Below are positions 31,418 through 42,568 of a stretch of DNA of 64,000 bases, in pieces (positions within the stretch are counted from its first letter, which is position 1; the number at the start of each line of letters is the position of its first letter). The notes under the pieces are model-generated. The model was not told the DNA's origin. It made no database searches and saw only the letters and a program-made list of their open reading frames with translations. Location: positions 5,128 through 69,127 of the forward strand of contig NZ_DASXHN010000349.1 in the NCBI RefSeq assembly GCF_036488505.1. The letters are read 5' to 3'. The position numbers and the translations under genes were made by a program. This DNA is from Paraburkholderia sp. (GTDB taxonomy: Bacteria; Pseudomonadota; Gammaproteobacteria; Burkholderiales; Burkholderiaceae).

Positions 31418-32851
31418 TCACTTCACGGCCGCTTGCGCGTGCACGCCCGAGCGATGCGATGGCGCGAGCAACCGCAAACCACTCGCAAGACTCGCCGCGG
31501 CAGCGAAGAACCCGCCGAGGCCGAGCGCGAGCATCGGCCCATGCTGCCGGCCGGCAATCCCGAAGCACAACGCGACCAGTGCCGCACCCGAGGTCTGTCC
31601 GAGCAGCCGCGAAGTCGCGATGGTGCCGCTTGCGCCGCCGCTGCGTTCCGGCGGCGCGCTCGCCATCAGCGCCTTCAGGTTCGGCGACTGGAAAAAGCCG
31701 AAGCCCGCGCCGCAAATCGCCATGCGTATGCCGATGTCGAGCACGTGCGGATGCGCGGGCAATAGCGCGAGCGACGCCATCCCCGCCGCTAGCACCGCGA
31801 GCCCGATCGCGCCGAGCAGACCCGGCGGATAACGGTCGGACAGCGCGCCCGCGAGCGGCGCGGCGAGCGCGACCACGACGGGCCACGGCGTCATTAGAAA
31901 GCCGGTCTCGACCTGGCTGCGCAGCAGCACGTCCTCGAAATAGAACGGCAGCGACACGAACGCGAGGCCCTGCGCGGCGAACGAGCACACGGCCGTGACC
32001 GCCGACAGCGCGAACACCGGCCGCTTGAACAGATCGACCGGCAGCATTGGCGCGGGATGGCCGGCCTCGCGGCGAATCAGCAGCAGCCCGAACACCAGCG
32101 CGATCGCCGCGGCGCTCAGCACGAGCGGCATCGATGCGCGCTGCGCCGCCTCGCCGAGCGCGAAGATCAGCGCGGCGAACGTAATGACGTTCAACAGCGC
32201 GGCGACCGGATCGAACTGATGCTTGCCCTGCGCGGTGTGCGGCAACGCGGGCCACGCGAAGGCCAGCGCGAGCACGCCGAGCGGCACGTTGACCGCGAAT
32301 AGCCACGGCCAGTCAGCGACGGACAAAATCAGCGACGCCACCGTCGGCCCGACCGCGAACGACACCCCGACGACGAGCGCATTGGTGCCGAGCCCGCGTC
32401 CGAGCCGATGCGGCGGATACAGATGGCGGATCAGCGCCGCGTTCACGCTCATGATCGCGGCAGCGCCGAGTCCCTGCACGGCCCGCGCGGCGGTAAGCAG
32501 CAGCAGTGTCGGCGCGATCGCACAGCCGAGCGAACTCAGCGTGAACAACGCGATGCCGCCGATGTAGATGCGCCGATGCCCGACGATGTCGCCGAGCGCG
32601 GCAAACGGCAGCAGCGTCGCGATCATCGCCAGTTGATACGCGTTGATGATCCAAACCGATGCCGCGGGCGCCGTGTGCAGATCGGCGCCGATCGTCGGCA
32701 AAGCGGTGTTGGCGATCGCCGTGTCGAGCGTGGCGAGCGTGACCGCGAGCATGATCGCGCCCATCGCACGGCGGTTGGCGGCGGACATCGAGTCGTCCGC
32801 CGGCAGGGTGGGCGCGCAGGCGCCGTCGGAACGGCTGAGCTTATCGGACAA
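31418..32851 (-). CDS. MFS transporter, DHA2-like efflux family
   Basis: LD..IAN.ALP.I, LGD..G.RR and WPWLF.VNVP motifs; about 14 TMs; start approximate. Confidence 0.88.
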   Translation of the reverse strand: MSDKLSRSDGACAPTLPADDSMSAANRRAMGAIMLAVTLATLDTAIANTALPTIGADLHTAPAASVWIINAYQLAMIATLLPFAALGDIVGHRRIYIGGIALFTLSSLGCAIAPTLLLLTAARAVQGLGAAAIMSVNAALIRHLYPPHRLGRGLGTNALVVGVSFAVGPTVASLILSVADWPWLFAVNVPLGVLALAFAWPALPHTAQGKHQFDPVAALLNVITFAALIFALGEAAQRASMPLVLSAAAIALVFGLLLIRREAGHPAPMLPVDLFKRPVFALSAVTAVCSFAAQGLAFVSLPFYFEDVLLRSQVETGFLMTPWPVVVALAAPLAGALSDRYPPGLLGAIGLAVLAAGMASLALLPAHPHVLDIGIRMAICGAGFGFFQSPNLKALMASAPPERSGGASGTIATSRLLGQTSGAALVALCFGIAGRQHGPMLALGLGGFFAAAASLASGLRLLAPSHRSGVHAQAAVK

Positions 32852-33555
32852 GGGTGGCTCGTCGGTTATACATGCCGACGCGCCGGCCGGTCCGTAACAG
32901 GATAGGCGCGGGCGCGCGTGAGCAGCGGGTTGCGTTGAAAGGAATGTGCGCGCTGCGCGGTCCTGTTGTGAAAGCAGTCTGCAAGACCAGCTGCGCGGCG
33001 CAGCACACTATCCGCGATTGTTGCAGAGACCGGGTAAACGTGCAGCGACGCGCGCGGAGCGGCGCATCGTCCGAACCGTCGTTAGGCAACTAACCGTCGA
33101 CCGCGCACGGCACTGCCGAACTGCAACGCTCGGGGGCCTTCAAAGCGTATGCTCTCAACACATGTCGGCCAGAAGAACCTACGATTGGACCTCCGATCGC
33201 GCCAGTGGGCCGGCGTGTCTGCCCGTCATGCGTGCGTCGCGCCTGCGTCATGCGCCAAAAAAAATAATCGCCGTGGAGGATGCGGCGTCTTTCGCTGATC
33301 GGCGTCGCGGATGGCCGAGCACATTCCGCATGAACCTGCTTTGCACCACATGCGAACTCCAGCCCCCCCGTCGCTCGATGACATCGGCCGGCGAGGCCGG
33401 GCATGCGGTGTGCGTGGAAATCCACTCGCGTCGCAGGTGTGCGCGAGTCGTAAAATGTCCTACTCTGTTCTTTTAATCCGCCTGACAGGCACGCACCTCC
33501 CGTCCGTCAACTGTGCGGTTTGCGTCTGCCATGTCGTTCTATCCCGGAGGCTTCG

Positions 33556-36009
33556 ATGACAGCCGTCGATCTGGAATTCGACCAGCTCAACAGTACCGTC
33601 GACGCGCTACGGCGCTCAATTTCGAATCGCATGATGTATGGCGTCGGCAAGGACGCCGTCACCGCCCATCCGCATGACTGGCTGCACGCGGCCGCGCTGG
33701 CCGTGCGTGACCGGCTCGTCGCGCGCTGGATGAAGACCACGCGCCTGCAATACGAGCAGGATGTGAAGCGGGTCTACTACCTGTCGATGGAATTCCTGAT
33801 CGGCAGGACCTTTAGCAATGCGCTGCTCGCGCTCGGCATTTACGATCAGATGAGGGAGGCGCTCGCGGGCCTCGGCGTCGACATGGATTCGCTGATCGAC
33901 ATCGAGCCCGATGCCGCGCTTGGCAATGGCGGCCTGGGCCGCCTCGCCGCGTGCTTTCTCGACTCGATGGCGACGCTGGGCATTCCGGGCTTCGGCTATG
34001 GCATCCGCTATGAATATGGAATGTTCCGTCAGGAGATCGTCAACGGCGAGCAGGTCGAGGCGCCCGACTACTGGCTGCGCGCCGGCAATCCGTGGGAATT
34101 CCCGCGGCCCGAAATCAAATACATGGTGCACTTCGGCGGCCGCACTGTGCAGCGCGGCGACACCGTCGAATGGATCGACACCGAGCATGTGAATGCGACC
34201 GCGTACGACACCGTGATCCCCGGTTATGCAACCGATGCGACCAATACGCTGCGGCTGTGGTCGGCGCGCGCGACCGAAGAACTCGATCTCGGCGCGTTCA
34301 ATCGCGGCGACTACCGCAACGCGGTGGACACCAAAAACATGTCGGAGAACGTATCGCGCTTGCTGTATCCGGACGACTCGACGCCGGCCGGCCGGGAACT
34401 GCGGCTGCGCCAGGAATACTTCTTCGTTTCCGCGACGATGCAGGATCTGATTCGCCGCTATCAGCGCACGCACAGCACGTTTGGGCGCTTCTCCGAAAAA
34501 GTCGCGGTGCACCTGAACGACACGCACCCGGTTCTCGCGATTCCCGAGTTGATGCGGCTGCTCGTCGACGTGAACCGTGTGCCTTGGGACAAGGCATGGA
34601 AGCACGTCACGCAGATCTTCTCGTACACGAATCACACGCTGATGCCCGAAGCGCTCGAAACGTGGGACGTCGAGATGCTGGCACGGCTGCTGCCTCGGCA
34701 TCTCGAAATCATCTTTGAGATCAATGCGCAGTTTCTGAAGCACGTGAGCGAACAATCGGGCCATGACGCCGAGATGATCCGCCGCATTTCGCTGGTCGAC
34801 GAATATGGGCAGCGGCGCGTGCGCATGGCGTATCTGGCGATCGTCGCGAGCCACAAGGTGAACGGCGTGTCGAAACTGCATTCGCAACTGATGACGCGCG
34901 ACATCTTCGCCGACTTCGCGCGAGTCTATCCGGACCGCTTCACGAACGTGACCAACGGCATTACGCCGCGCCGCTGGCTCGCGCAGGCGAGCCCGTCGAT
35001 GTCCTCGCTGATCGACGCGCGCATCGGCACGCACTGGCGCCGCAATCTGTTCGAACTCGAGCAATTGCGCAATCTGCGCAAGGACGACGAATTCATCGAA
35101 GCGTTCCGCGACGCGAAGCGGCAAAGCAAGCTGCGTCTCGTGCATCGGCTCGCGCATCACACCAAACTGCATTTCAATCCGGACGCGCTATTCGATTTAC
35201 AGGTCAAGCGCATTCACGAATACAAGCGGCAACTGCTGAACGTGCTGCACGTGATCGTGCGTTACAACCGGATCCTCGCGAACCCCGAGCGCGATTGGGT
35301 GCCGCGCGTGGTGCTGTTCGCGGGCAAGGCCGCGTCCGCGTACCGGATGGCGAAGACGATCATCAAGCTGATTGGCGACGTGAGCGAGAAGATCAACCGC
35401 GACCCGTTGATCGGCGATCGGCTGAAAGTTGTGTTCGTGCCGAACTACGGTGTGAGCGTGGCCGAGCTGATCATCCCGGCGGCCGATCTGTCCGAGCAGA
35501 TTTCGATGGCCGGCACCGAGGCGTCGGGCACCGGCAATATGAAGCTCGCGCTCAACGGCGCATTGACGATCGGCACGATGGATGGCGCGAACATCGAGAT
35601 TTGCGACGCGGTGGGGCGCGAGAACATCTTCATCTTCGGTCATACCGCCGACGAAGTAGACAGCCTGCGCGCGAGCGGCTACCGGCCGCGGCAGATCTAC
35701 GAGGAGAACGCGGAATTGCGTACCGCGCTCGATCAGATTCGCTCGGGTTTCTTTTCCCCGGACGATCCGTTGCGCTTTTCCGATATCTTCCACACGCTCG
35801 TCGACTGGGGCGACCACTATATGGTGCTCGCCGACTTCGCCGCATTCGCGAAGGCGCAGGACGAAGTGGATGCACGTTTCGTCGACAAGCGCGCGTGGAC
35901 CGAAAGCGCGATCGAGAATGTCGCGGGGATGGGGCAGTTCTCGTCGGATCGCACGATCGGCGAATATGCGCGCAACATCTGGCGGGTCAGTCCGCTCAGT
36001 ATGGAATGA
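33556..36009 (+). CDS. glgP: Glycogen/starch phosphorylase
   Basis: [35 protein letters not shown] and EASGTGNMK motifs; GGAGG RBS. Confidence 0.96.
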   Translation: MTAVDLEFDQLNSTVDALRRSISNRMMYGVGKDAVTAHPHDWLHAAALAVRDRLVARWMKTTRLQYEQDVKRVYYLSMEFLIGRTFSNALLALGIYDQMREALAGLGVDMDSLIDIEPDAALGNGGLGRLAACFLDSMATLGIPGFGYGIRYEYGMFRQEIVNGEQVEAPDYWLRAGNPWEFPRPEIKYMVHFGGRTVQRGDTVEWIDTEHVNATAYDTVIPGYATDATNTLRLWSARATEELDLGAFNRGDYRNAVDTKNMSENVSRLLYPDDSTPAGRELRLRQEYFFVSATMQDLIRRYQRTHSTFGRFSEKVAVHLNDTHPVLAIPELMRLLVDVNRVPWDKAWKHVTQIFSYTNHTLMPEALETWDVEMLARLLPRHLEIIFEINAQFLKHVSEQSGHDAEMIRRISLVDEYGQRRVRMAYLAIVASHKVNGVSKLHSQLMTRDIFADFARVYPDRFTNVTNGITPRRWLAQASPSMSSLIDARIGTHWRRNLFELEQLRNLRKDDEFIEAFRDAKRQSKLRLVHRLAHHTKLHFNPDALFDLQVKRIHEYKRQLLNVLHVIVRYNRILANPERDWVPRVVLFAGKAASAYRMAKTIIKLIGDVSEKINRDPLIGDRLKVVFVPNYGVSVAELIIPAADLSEQISMAGTEASGTGNMKLALNGALTIGTMDGANIEICDAVGRENIFIFGHTADEVDSLRASGYRPRQIYEENAELRTALDQIRSGFFSPDDPLRFSDIFHTLVDWGDHYMVLADFAAFAKAQDEVDARFVDKRAWTESAIENVAGMGQFSSDRTIGEYARNIWRVSPLSME

Positions 36010-36135
36010 GCGACCGCGTAGTGCGCGAGTTTGGCGAAACGGATCGGAAGGCCGTTCAATCAGATCGCTATTAACGAACGAGACGGAACGGCAATCGCAA
36101 CGGCCAGCGCCAACAGCGCACAATCGGCGGCAATC

Positions 36136-36525
36136 TCAAGCCTTCGGCGCGGCCGCCGCCGTCTTCGCCCGCTGCACGGCAGCGCCCACCCGTTCGACAA
36201 ACTCGCGGTCGGTGCTCATTAGCGCTTCGCGCTCACCATCGGCCGTTTTCACGATCAGCCGATGCGTAACATCCTGCGTGATCCAGGTCAGCCAGCCGAC
36301 GACGATCAGCATGATCCCGCATACGAGCCCCGCCGGCGAATGCAGCACGGCGCCCACTATCGCGCCGATCAGCCCGGCCACCGAGATCACGATCGGCACT
36401 GGTTTGTTCTTCTGCACGGTCACGACCCGCACGTCGACGATGTCGCGCAGCGGAAAGACCTGGCCCGCGGATGACAGCGCATTGCGCGTCACGGACACGC
36501 CACGGTCGTTGAAAGGGTTGTCCAT
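36136..36525 (-). CDS. Small membrane protein, DUF6232-like
   Basis: GVSVT...GQVFPL..I N-terminus followed by two TMs. Confidence 0.7.
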   Translation of the reverse strand: MDNPFNDRGVSVTRNALSSAGQVFPLRDIVDVRVVTVQKNKPVPIVISVAGLIGAIVGAVLHSPAGLVCGIMLIVVGWLTWITQDVTHRLIVKTADGEREALMSTDREFVERVGAAVQRAKTAAAAPKA

Positions 36526-36743
36526 CGGTTCAATGCAAGGATAGTGAAGGACGCAGCGTAGCAGAGTTCAATCGCCGCCAGCCACGATGTCGTCACCAAG
36601 CTGTTTCTCGTGTTGCCGCTCTTGCATGGAGCTTGATCGACGCAATCGCACGCAAGCGACGTAGAGTTTATGAAGTAATGTACTGAGTCCGGCCTCGCGG
36701 TCCCGCTTGCAGGCTGCAACCAGTGAACAGGAATGACACTGCC

Positions 36744-37604
36744 ATGCCCGACCAACGACAGATTGCACCCGATAGCACCGCCGCGCGCGTCGCGTTGTGG
36801 CGCGCGTTGCATGTACAGGCCGATGCGCCACCGCACGTGCTCGAAGATGAAATCGGTTTGCAACTGCTGGCGCCGTCCGAGGACTGGCGCAGCCGCGGCG
36901 ACATGGACCCGCGCTTCACGCGGCCGTTTCGCGCGTCGATCGTCGCGCGGGCACGCTTTATCGAGGATATGGTCGTCGAGCAGGCCGGGCGCGGCGTGCA
37001 GCAGTATGTGATTCTCGGCGCCGGTCTCGACAGCTTCGCGCAACGCCGGCCCGACATCGCGTCGCGGCTGACGGTGTTCGAAGTCGATCCGCCGGGGCCG
37101 CAGACATGGAAGCGCCAGCGTCTGCTCGAGCTGGGCTTCGGGGTGCCGGACTGGCTGCGTTTCGTGTCCGTCGATTTCGAAGCGGGCGATAGCTGGCGGC
37201 AGCGTCTGGTTGCCGAGGGCTTTGATCCAGGCAAACCGGCCGTCGTCGTATCGACCGGCGTCAGCATGTATCTGACGAAGGACGCCAACGCGGCGACGCT
37301 GCGCGAAGTGGCCGCGCTCGCACGCGGCTCGACGTTCGCGATGACGTTCCTGTTGCCGCTCGACATGGCGGACCCGGACCTGCGTCCGGGGCTAGAGATG
37401 GCGGAGAAGGGCGCGCGCGCGAGCGGCACGCCGTTCATCAGCTTCTTCACGCCGCAACAGATCACGACGATCGCGCATGAAGCCGGCTTCAGCGACGCGC
37501 GGCACGTGTCGGCCGAAGATTTGACGCAGCGCTATTTCCTGGGCCGGACCGACGGTTTGCGGCCGCCGGGCAACGCCGAGGAATTGCTGGTCGCGAGTAC
37601 CTAG
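36744..37604 (+). CDS. SAM-dependent methyltransferase (LCM/Ppm1-like)
   Basis: TA..VALWRA, RARFIED, QYVILGAGLDSFA and VFEVD.P..Q.WK motifs. Confidence 0.88.
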   Translation: MPDQRQIAPDSTAARVALWRALHVQADAPPHVLEDEIGLQLLAPSEDWRSRGDMDPRFTRPFRASIVARARFIEDMVVEQAGRGVQQYVILGAGLDSFAQRRPDIASRLTVFEVDPPGPQTWKRQRLLELGFGVPDWLRFVSVDFEAGDSWRQRLVAEGFDPGKPAVVVSTGVSMYLTKDANAATLREVAALARGSTFAMTFLLPLDMADPDLRPGLEMAEKGARASGTPFISFFTPQQITTIAHEAGFSDARHVSAEDLTQRYFLGRTDGLRPPGNAEELLVAST

Positions 37605-37628
37605 CGGTTATTGCCGCTCACTGTGCAG

Positions 37629-38213
37629 TCAGCGCGGCGACAGCGGCGAGCGCCCGGCGAGGCGGAAGGGATCGACCGCCCATGTGTCGCCGGCACGCAG
37701 ATGCGGCTGCATCTGCGCGAGCCATTGCGCGAGCGGCGTGAGGCTGATGCCCGGCGCGACCGAGCCGCCGAAAGACTCCGACACGAAGGGCGCGTCATCC
37801 TCCGGCCGGCGAACCACCTGCACGATATGCGTGATGCCGCGCGGCCGCGGATGATTGTTCGCCCACGCCGGTTCGCCGATTTTCAATCCGAGGGTTGCGC
37901 AGCGCGGCAGCTTGCTCATCGTCATGTGTTGCCCGGCCAGAACGAATGCGGTGCGCGTTTCTATCACGTCGATCATCCGATCGGACCATGTGTGCAACGC
38001 ACGCATATCGTCGGCGCGAAACAACGGGCGGCCGGCCGCGTCGTTTTTCGCTCGCATGGCCTCGTTCAGAAGCAGCGCGACCCAGCCGGAGCAGTCGATC
38101 ACCGCTGGCGTTGCCGACAGTCCTTCGGCTTTTACGCCTCTGCGATAGCCGACCTGGCCGGTATGGCGCTGCACGAGTTGCCACATGGTGGCTTCGGCGG
38201 TGTGAAAGGGCAT
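37629..38213 (-). CDS. Hypothetical protein with NlpC/P60-like Cys-His motifs
   Basis: GY.RG.K...IDCSGWV and GITHIVQV...FVSES; no signal peptide seen. Confidence 0.6.
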   Translation of the reverse strand: MPFHTAEATMWQLVQRHTGQVGYRRGVKAEGLSATPAVIDCSGWVALLLNEAMRAKNDAAGRPLFRADDMRALHTWSDRMIDVIETRTAFVLAGQHMTMSKLPRCATLGLKIGEPAWANNHPRPRGITHIVQVVRRPEDDAPFVSESFGGSVAPGISLTPLAQWLAQMQPHLRAGDTWAVDPFRLAGRSPLSPR

Positions 38214-38386
38214 GAAAAGAAATAGCCGTTGGATTGCTGTGTGGCGTTGCTGCAGCGCGTTGCTGCACGGCACGCTTCAGTGTATCCGACCCCTCGTGCG
38301 GCGCGCCAGATCGCGCACTGTCGATCTGCGAGCGCCCTGTCCCGCGCGGCTATAATCGCGCTCGAACATGTTCAGGAAAGTCACTC

Positions 38387-38848
38387 GTGAAAAAGATCAC
38401 TGCCTTTGCACTCGTTGCATTTGCACTCAGCGCTTGCTCGTCTCCGGAAAAACAGGCGCAGCGGGCCCAGCAGCAAATCCTTCATAGCGAACCCAATCTT
38501 GCGGCCGCGCAACGCGCCGCGGTGATCGATTGCACGCCGGCCAATTGCGATGCCGCGTGGGCGTTGACCAAGCGCTATATCCAGCAGCATTCCGATACCC
38601 ACATCACGCATGCGGACGCGGTGGCGATCGATACCGACGTCCCCGACGATTCCGGCAAGGCCGCTTTCTCGGCAACCCGCGCCCAAAAGAGCGGCGGCGG
38701 CGCGACGCTCACGCTGTTCGCGCAATGTCGGGGCATGTACGGTCCGGATAGCGCGAAAGGCTCGGACTACGACGAATGCGCGGAGAAGATCCTGACGACG
38801 CAGAACGGCTATGTGCCGTTTCTGATGTCACACGCGTCGCAACAGTAA
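38387..38848 (+). CDS. Putative lipoprotein
   Basis: GTG start after AGGA, lipobox LSAC, four further Cys; TATAAT at 38351. Confidence 0.78.
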   Translation: MKKITAFALVAFALSACSSPEKQAQRAQQQILHSEPNLAAAQRAAVIDCTPANCDAAWALTKRYIQQHSDTHITHADAVAIDTDVPDDSGKAAFSATRAQKSGGGATLTLFAQCRGMYGPDSAKGSDYDECAEKILTTQNGYVPFLMSHASQQ

Positions 38849-38897
38849 GCGCGATTTCAGTCTTCGAGTCGTCCTCGCCGGGGCGACTACCCGGCGG

Positions 38898-39341
38898 TTA
38901 TTCATCGAACAGTGCCGTATAACGGCGCTGCATTTCTTCGGGCGTCAGCGTTTCGATCTGCGAGCCGAGCATCCACTCGTGGCCGAACGGATCGCGCACG
39001 GTCGCCGAGCGTTCGCCATAAAAGTGATTGGTCGGCGGCCGGATCACCGTTGCGCCGGCATTCACCGCCTGTTCGACGAGTTGATCGACATCGTCGCAAT
39101 GGATATGCAGCAGCACGCTCGTTCTGCTGTCGGCGCTCGGTCCAAGCATCCCGTGCTCCGGGTACTCGTCCGACAGCATCACGATCGCGGGTCCAAGCTT
39201 TACCTCCGCGTGCCCGATGCGGCCACCTGGTTCGGTCAGCCGGAACTGTTCGACGCCGCCAAATGCCTCCGTGTAAAACTCGATTGCCTCCACGGCGCTG
39301 CGCACGCGAAGGTACGCGTAGACTTCATGAATCGCGTTCAT
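38898..39341 (-). CDS. VOC/glyoxalase (PhnB-like) protein
   Basis: AIEFY..AFG, IGHAE, HFYGER and VRDPFGHEW motifs; CAGGAG RBS. Confidence 0.9.
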   Translation of the reverse strand: MNAIHEVYAYLRVRSAVEAIEFYTEAFGGVEQFRLTEPGGRIGHAEVKLGPAIVMLSDEYPEHGMLGPSADSRTSVLLHIHCDDVDQLVEQAVNAGATVIRPPTNHFYGERSATVRDPFGHEWMLGSQIETLTPEEMQRRYTALFDE

Positions 39342-39659
39342 CGTCGTCTCCTGGTTACTGCGGACGATTATCAAGAAAGACGAACGCACGGTCCACGCCG
39401 GCGAAAGCGAACAGTAAGACTGCCTGACGGCGGGCGCGGGTGAGCCCGCAGCGAGTCAGCGCCGCGGCGGGCCGCCGATCTATACCAGAACTGATATTCA
39501 TATCGCAAAAAATGTAATTGGAAAGATATCGACCCGCTCCGTACACTTCACCATCCCCAGAGCCTGAGCGACAGCTTCCGTCGTATCGCCGGTCGCGCCG
39601 CGCCGGTTCGGTCAAACTGGCCGGCGTTGGTCCCCCGGCCTATGCATCAAGGACATAGC

Positions 39660-41393
39660 ATGTCGGATAAAAAGCGGAAACTGCGCTCAACCGAATGGTT
39701 CGGCACGGCTGACAAGAATGGCTTCATGTATCGAAGCTGGATGAAGAATCAGGGCATTCCCGATCACGAGTTCGACGGGCGCCCGGTGATCGGCATCTGC
39801 AACACATGGTCGGAACTCACGCCGTGCAACGCCCACTTTCGCAAGCTTGCCGAGCATGTGAAACGCGGTGTCTATGAAGCGGGCGGCTTCCCGGTCGAGT
39901 TTCCGGTGTTTTCGAACGGCGAATCGAATCTTCGTCCGACCGCGATGCTCACGCGCAATCTCGCGGCAATGGACGTCGAGGAGGCGATCCGCGGCAATCC
40001 GATCGACGCGGTCGTGTTGCTCACCGGTTGCGACAAGACCACCCCGGCGCTACTGATGGGCGCGGCGAGCTGCGATGTGCCGGCGATCGTCGTGACCGGC
40101 GGCCCGATGCTCAATGGCAAGCTCGACGGCAAGAACATCGGCTCGGGCACAGCAGTGTGGCAACTGCACGAATCGCTGAAAGCCGGGGAGATAGACCTGC
40201 ATCAGTTCCTGTCGGCCGAGGCCGGCATGTCGCGTTCGGCGGGCACCTGCAACACGATGGGCACCGCGTCGACGATGGCCTGCATGGCCGAAGCACTCGG
40301 CACGTCACTGCCGCACAACGCGGCGATTCCCGCTGTCGACTCGCGCCGTTACGTGCTCGCGCATATGTCGGGCATCCGCATCGTGCAGATGGCGCATGAA
40401 GATCTCAAGCTGTCGAAGATCCTTACACGCGACGCATTCATGAACGCAATTCGGGTCAACGCTGCGATCGGCGGCTCGACCAATGCGGTGATACATCTGA
40501 AGGCGATCGCGGGCCGCATCGGCATCGATCTCGAACTCGACGACTGGGTGCGTATCGGCCGCGATACGCCGACGATCGTCGACCTGATGCCGTCGGGCCG
40601 TTTCCTGATGGAAGAGTTCTATTACGCGGGCGGTTTGCCAGCGGTGCTGCGCCGGCTCGGCGAAGCGAACCTGCTGCCGCATCCGCACGCGCTGACCGTC
40701 AACGGCAAGTCGCTGTGGGACAACGTCAAGGATGCGCCGAACACCAACGACGAAGTGATTCGTCCGCTCGACAAACCGCTCGTCGCCGATGGCGGCATTC
40801 GCGTGTTGCGCGGCAATCTCGCGCCGCGCGGCGCGGTGTTGAAGCCCTCGGCGGCGACGCCTGAATTGCTGAAGCATCGCGGCCGGGCGGTGGTGTTCGA
40901 AAACCTCGAGCACTACAAGGCGCGCATCGTCGACGAAGCGCTCGACGTCGATGCAGAGTCGGTGCTCGTGATGAAAAACTGCGGCCCAAAGGGTTATCCG
41001 GGCATGGCCGAAGTCGGCAACATGGGACTGCCGCCGAAGTTGCTGCGTCAGGGCGTCAAAGACATGGTGCGCATTTCGGATGCGCGGATGAGCGGCACCG
41101 CATACGGAACGGTGGTGCTGCACGTGACCCCGGAAGCGGCGGCGGGAGGTCCGCTTGCCGCGGTGCAGGACGGTGACTGGATCGAGCTCGATTGCGATGC
41201 GGGCACGCTGCACCTCGATATCAGCGACGCGGAACTCGAACGCCGTCTTGCGCAGTATGTGTTGCCGGAACCACCGGAAGGTGGCGGCTACCGGCGCCTC
41301 TATGTCGATCACGTACTGCAGGCCGATGAAGGCTGCGACCTGGACTTTCTCGTCGGGTGCCGCGGCGCGGCGGTGCCGCGTCATTCGCACTGA
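39660..41393 (+). CDS. IlvD/Edd family sugar-acid dehydratase (L-arabinonate dehydratase-like)
   Basis: LRS..WF, CNTWSELTPCN, GCDKTTP, CNTMGTAST and SDARMSGT motifs. Confidence 0.9.
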   Translation: MSDKKRKLRSTEWFGTADKNGFMYRSWMKNQGIPDHEFDGRPVIGICNTWSELTPCNAHFRKLAEHVKRGVYEAGGFPVEFPVFSNGESNLRPTAMLTRNLAAMDVEEAIRGNPIDAVVLLTGCDKTTPALLMGAASCDVPAIVVTGGPMLNGKLDGKNIGSGTAVWQLHESLKAGEIDLHQFLSAEAGMSRSAGTCNTMGTASTMACMAEALGTSLPHNAAIPAVDSRRYVLAHMSGIRIVQMAHEDLKLSKILTRDAFMNAIRVNAAIGGSTNAVIHLKAIAGRIGIDLELDDWVRIGRDTPTIVDLMPSGRFLMEEFYYAGGLPAVLRRLGEANLLPHPHALTVNGKSLWDNVKDAPNTNDEVIRPLDKPLVADGGIRVLRGNLAPRGAVLKPSAATPELLKHRGRAVVFENLEHYKARIVDEALDVDAESVLVMKNCGPKGYPGMAEVGNMGLPPKLLRQGVKDMVRISDARMSGTAYGTVVLHVTPEAAAGGPLAAVQDGDWIELDCDAGTLHLDISDAELERRLAQYVLPEPPEGGGYRRLYVDHVLQADEGCDLDFLVGCRGAAVPRHSH

Positions 41394-41493
41394 CGCGTTG
41401 ACGCACTGACGTTGCGCGGTGATCGATCACCGCGCAACGGTCTCCCCCTATCGCGATCCGAACGTGCGGGCGATGCTCTCCGGCATTGCCCGC

Positions 41494-42549
41494 CTATCGG
41501 TCTATCGCACCGACCGCATCGAGCACGAGTCCGAAAAACTCGTTCGCGGCGGCCGGATTCAGCCAGCGCACGACCGCCGTGATGCGCCGTTCGGGTTCGA
41601 TCCATGTGAATGAACTGCCCGCGCCGACACCGAAATAGCTCGACGCCGGCACGCTCGGAAACACCTTGCGGTCCGTGTTGAGCCACACCAGGTAGCCATA
41701 GAACGGCGCGATGGCGCACGGCGTGCGCATGCGCGCGATCCACTCCGACGACAGCACGCGCCGGCCATTCGCGACGCCGTCGTTGAGCAGCATCTGTGCG
41801 ACCTTCAGCTGATCGTTTGCGCTGACCGACATGCCGCCGCCCCAATGCGTGCCGCCTGGCACCGACTGCATGCGGCGCCCGTCGATCTCGACCCACGCGT
41901 TGTCGTAACCGACCCATTGCCAGTGTTCGCTCGCCCCGCAAGGACGCATGATGGCCTCGCGAAACACCTCGGGCAACGGCTGGCGAAACAGATACAGCAG
42001 CGCAAGCGACAACTGGTTGATGCGCACGTCGTTGTATTCCCAGTACGTGCCAGGGCGTTGCGCCGGACGCAGATCGCCTTTTTTGCCATCCGGCGGCGCC
42101 GCGAAATTGACCGCGCGATAGTGGTCCGCCTGATCCGACAAACCGAAATACGTGCCGCGCCATTCGCTTGTTTGCTGCAGCAGATGTGCCCAGGTGATCG
42201 GCGCATTCTGTTCATCGTCGAAACCGAGGTCGGGCACGCGCGCACGCACCGGTTCGTCGACGTCGGGCAGCAGGCCGCGATCGTGCGCGACCCCGGCGAG
42301 CAGCGCGAGGTACATCTTCGCGACACTGAAGGTCAGGTCGGCGCGCTCGGGCTCGCCCCAGGTGGTCAGCACACGGCCGTCGAGCGCAATCGCGCCGGAC
42401 ACGGGGCCGCGATCGTGCACGGGACCGAGCAGCCGATTCCATGGCGGCGGGTCGTTCACATGTACGCCCCATGCGCCACTGACATGGCGATCCCACAGCG
42501 ATTCGTGATCTACGGAGAACTGCACGGCTTGCTGCAAACGGTCTTGCAT
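41494..42549 (-). CDS. Serine hydrolase, beta-lactamase fold
   Basis: FSVAK (SxxK), HLLQQTS, PG..WEYND, HWGGG and YGY..WLN motifs. Confidence 0.85.
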   Translation of the reverse strand: MQDRLQQAVQFSVDHESLWDRHVSGAWGVHVNDPPPWNRLLGPVHDRGPVSGAIALDGRVLTTWGEPERADLTFSVAKMYLALLAGVAHDRGLLPDVDEPVRARVPDLGFDDEQNAPITWAHLLQQTSEWRGTYFGLSDQADHYRAVNFAAPPDGKKGDLRPAQRPGTYWEYNDVRINQLSLALLYLFRQPLPEVFREAIMRPCGASEHWQWVGYDNAWVEIDGRRMQSVPGGTHWGGGMSVSANDQLKVAQMLLNDGVANGRRVLSSEWIARMRTPCAIAPFYGYLVWLNTDRKVFPSVPASSYFGVGAGSSFTWIEPERRITAVVRWLNPAAANEFFGLVLDAVGAIDR

Positions 42550-42568
42550 CGGTAGTGTCCTGTTGGTT

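Noticed and set aside
38898-39341. PhnB-like VOC gene as part of the phosphonate story
   Set aside because: VOC proteins are generic, and this one is far from both phosphonate loci.
41494-42549. Beta-lactamase resistance gene
   Set aside because: There is no signal peptide or KTG motif, and the context is catabolic (importer plus LysR).
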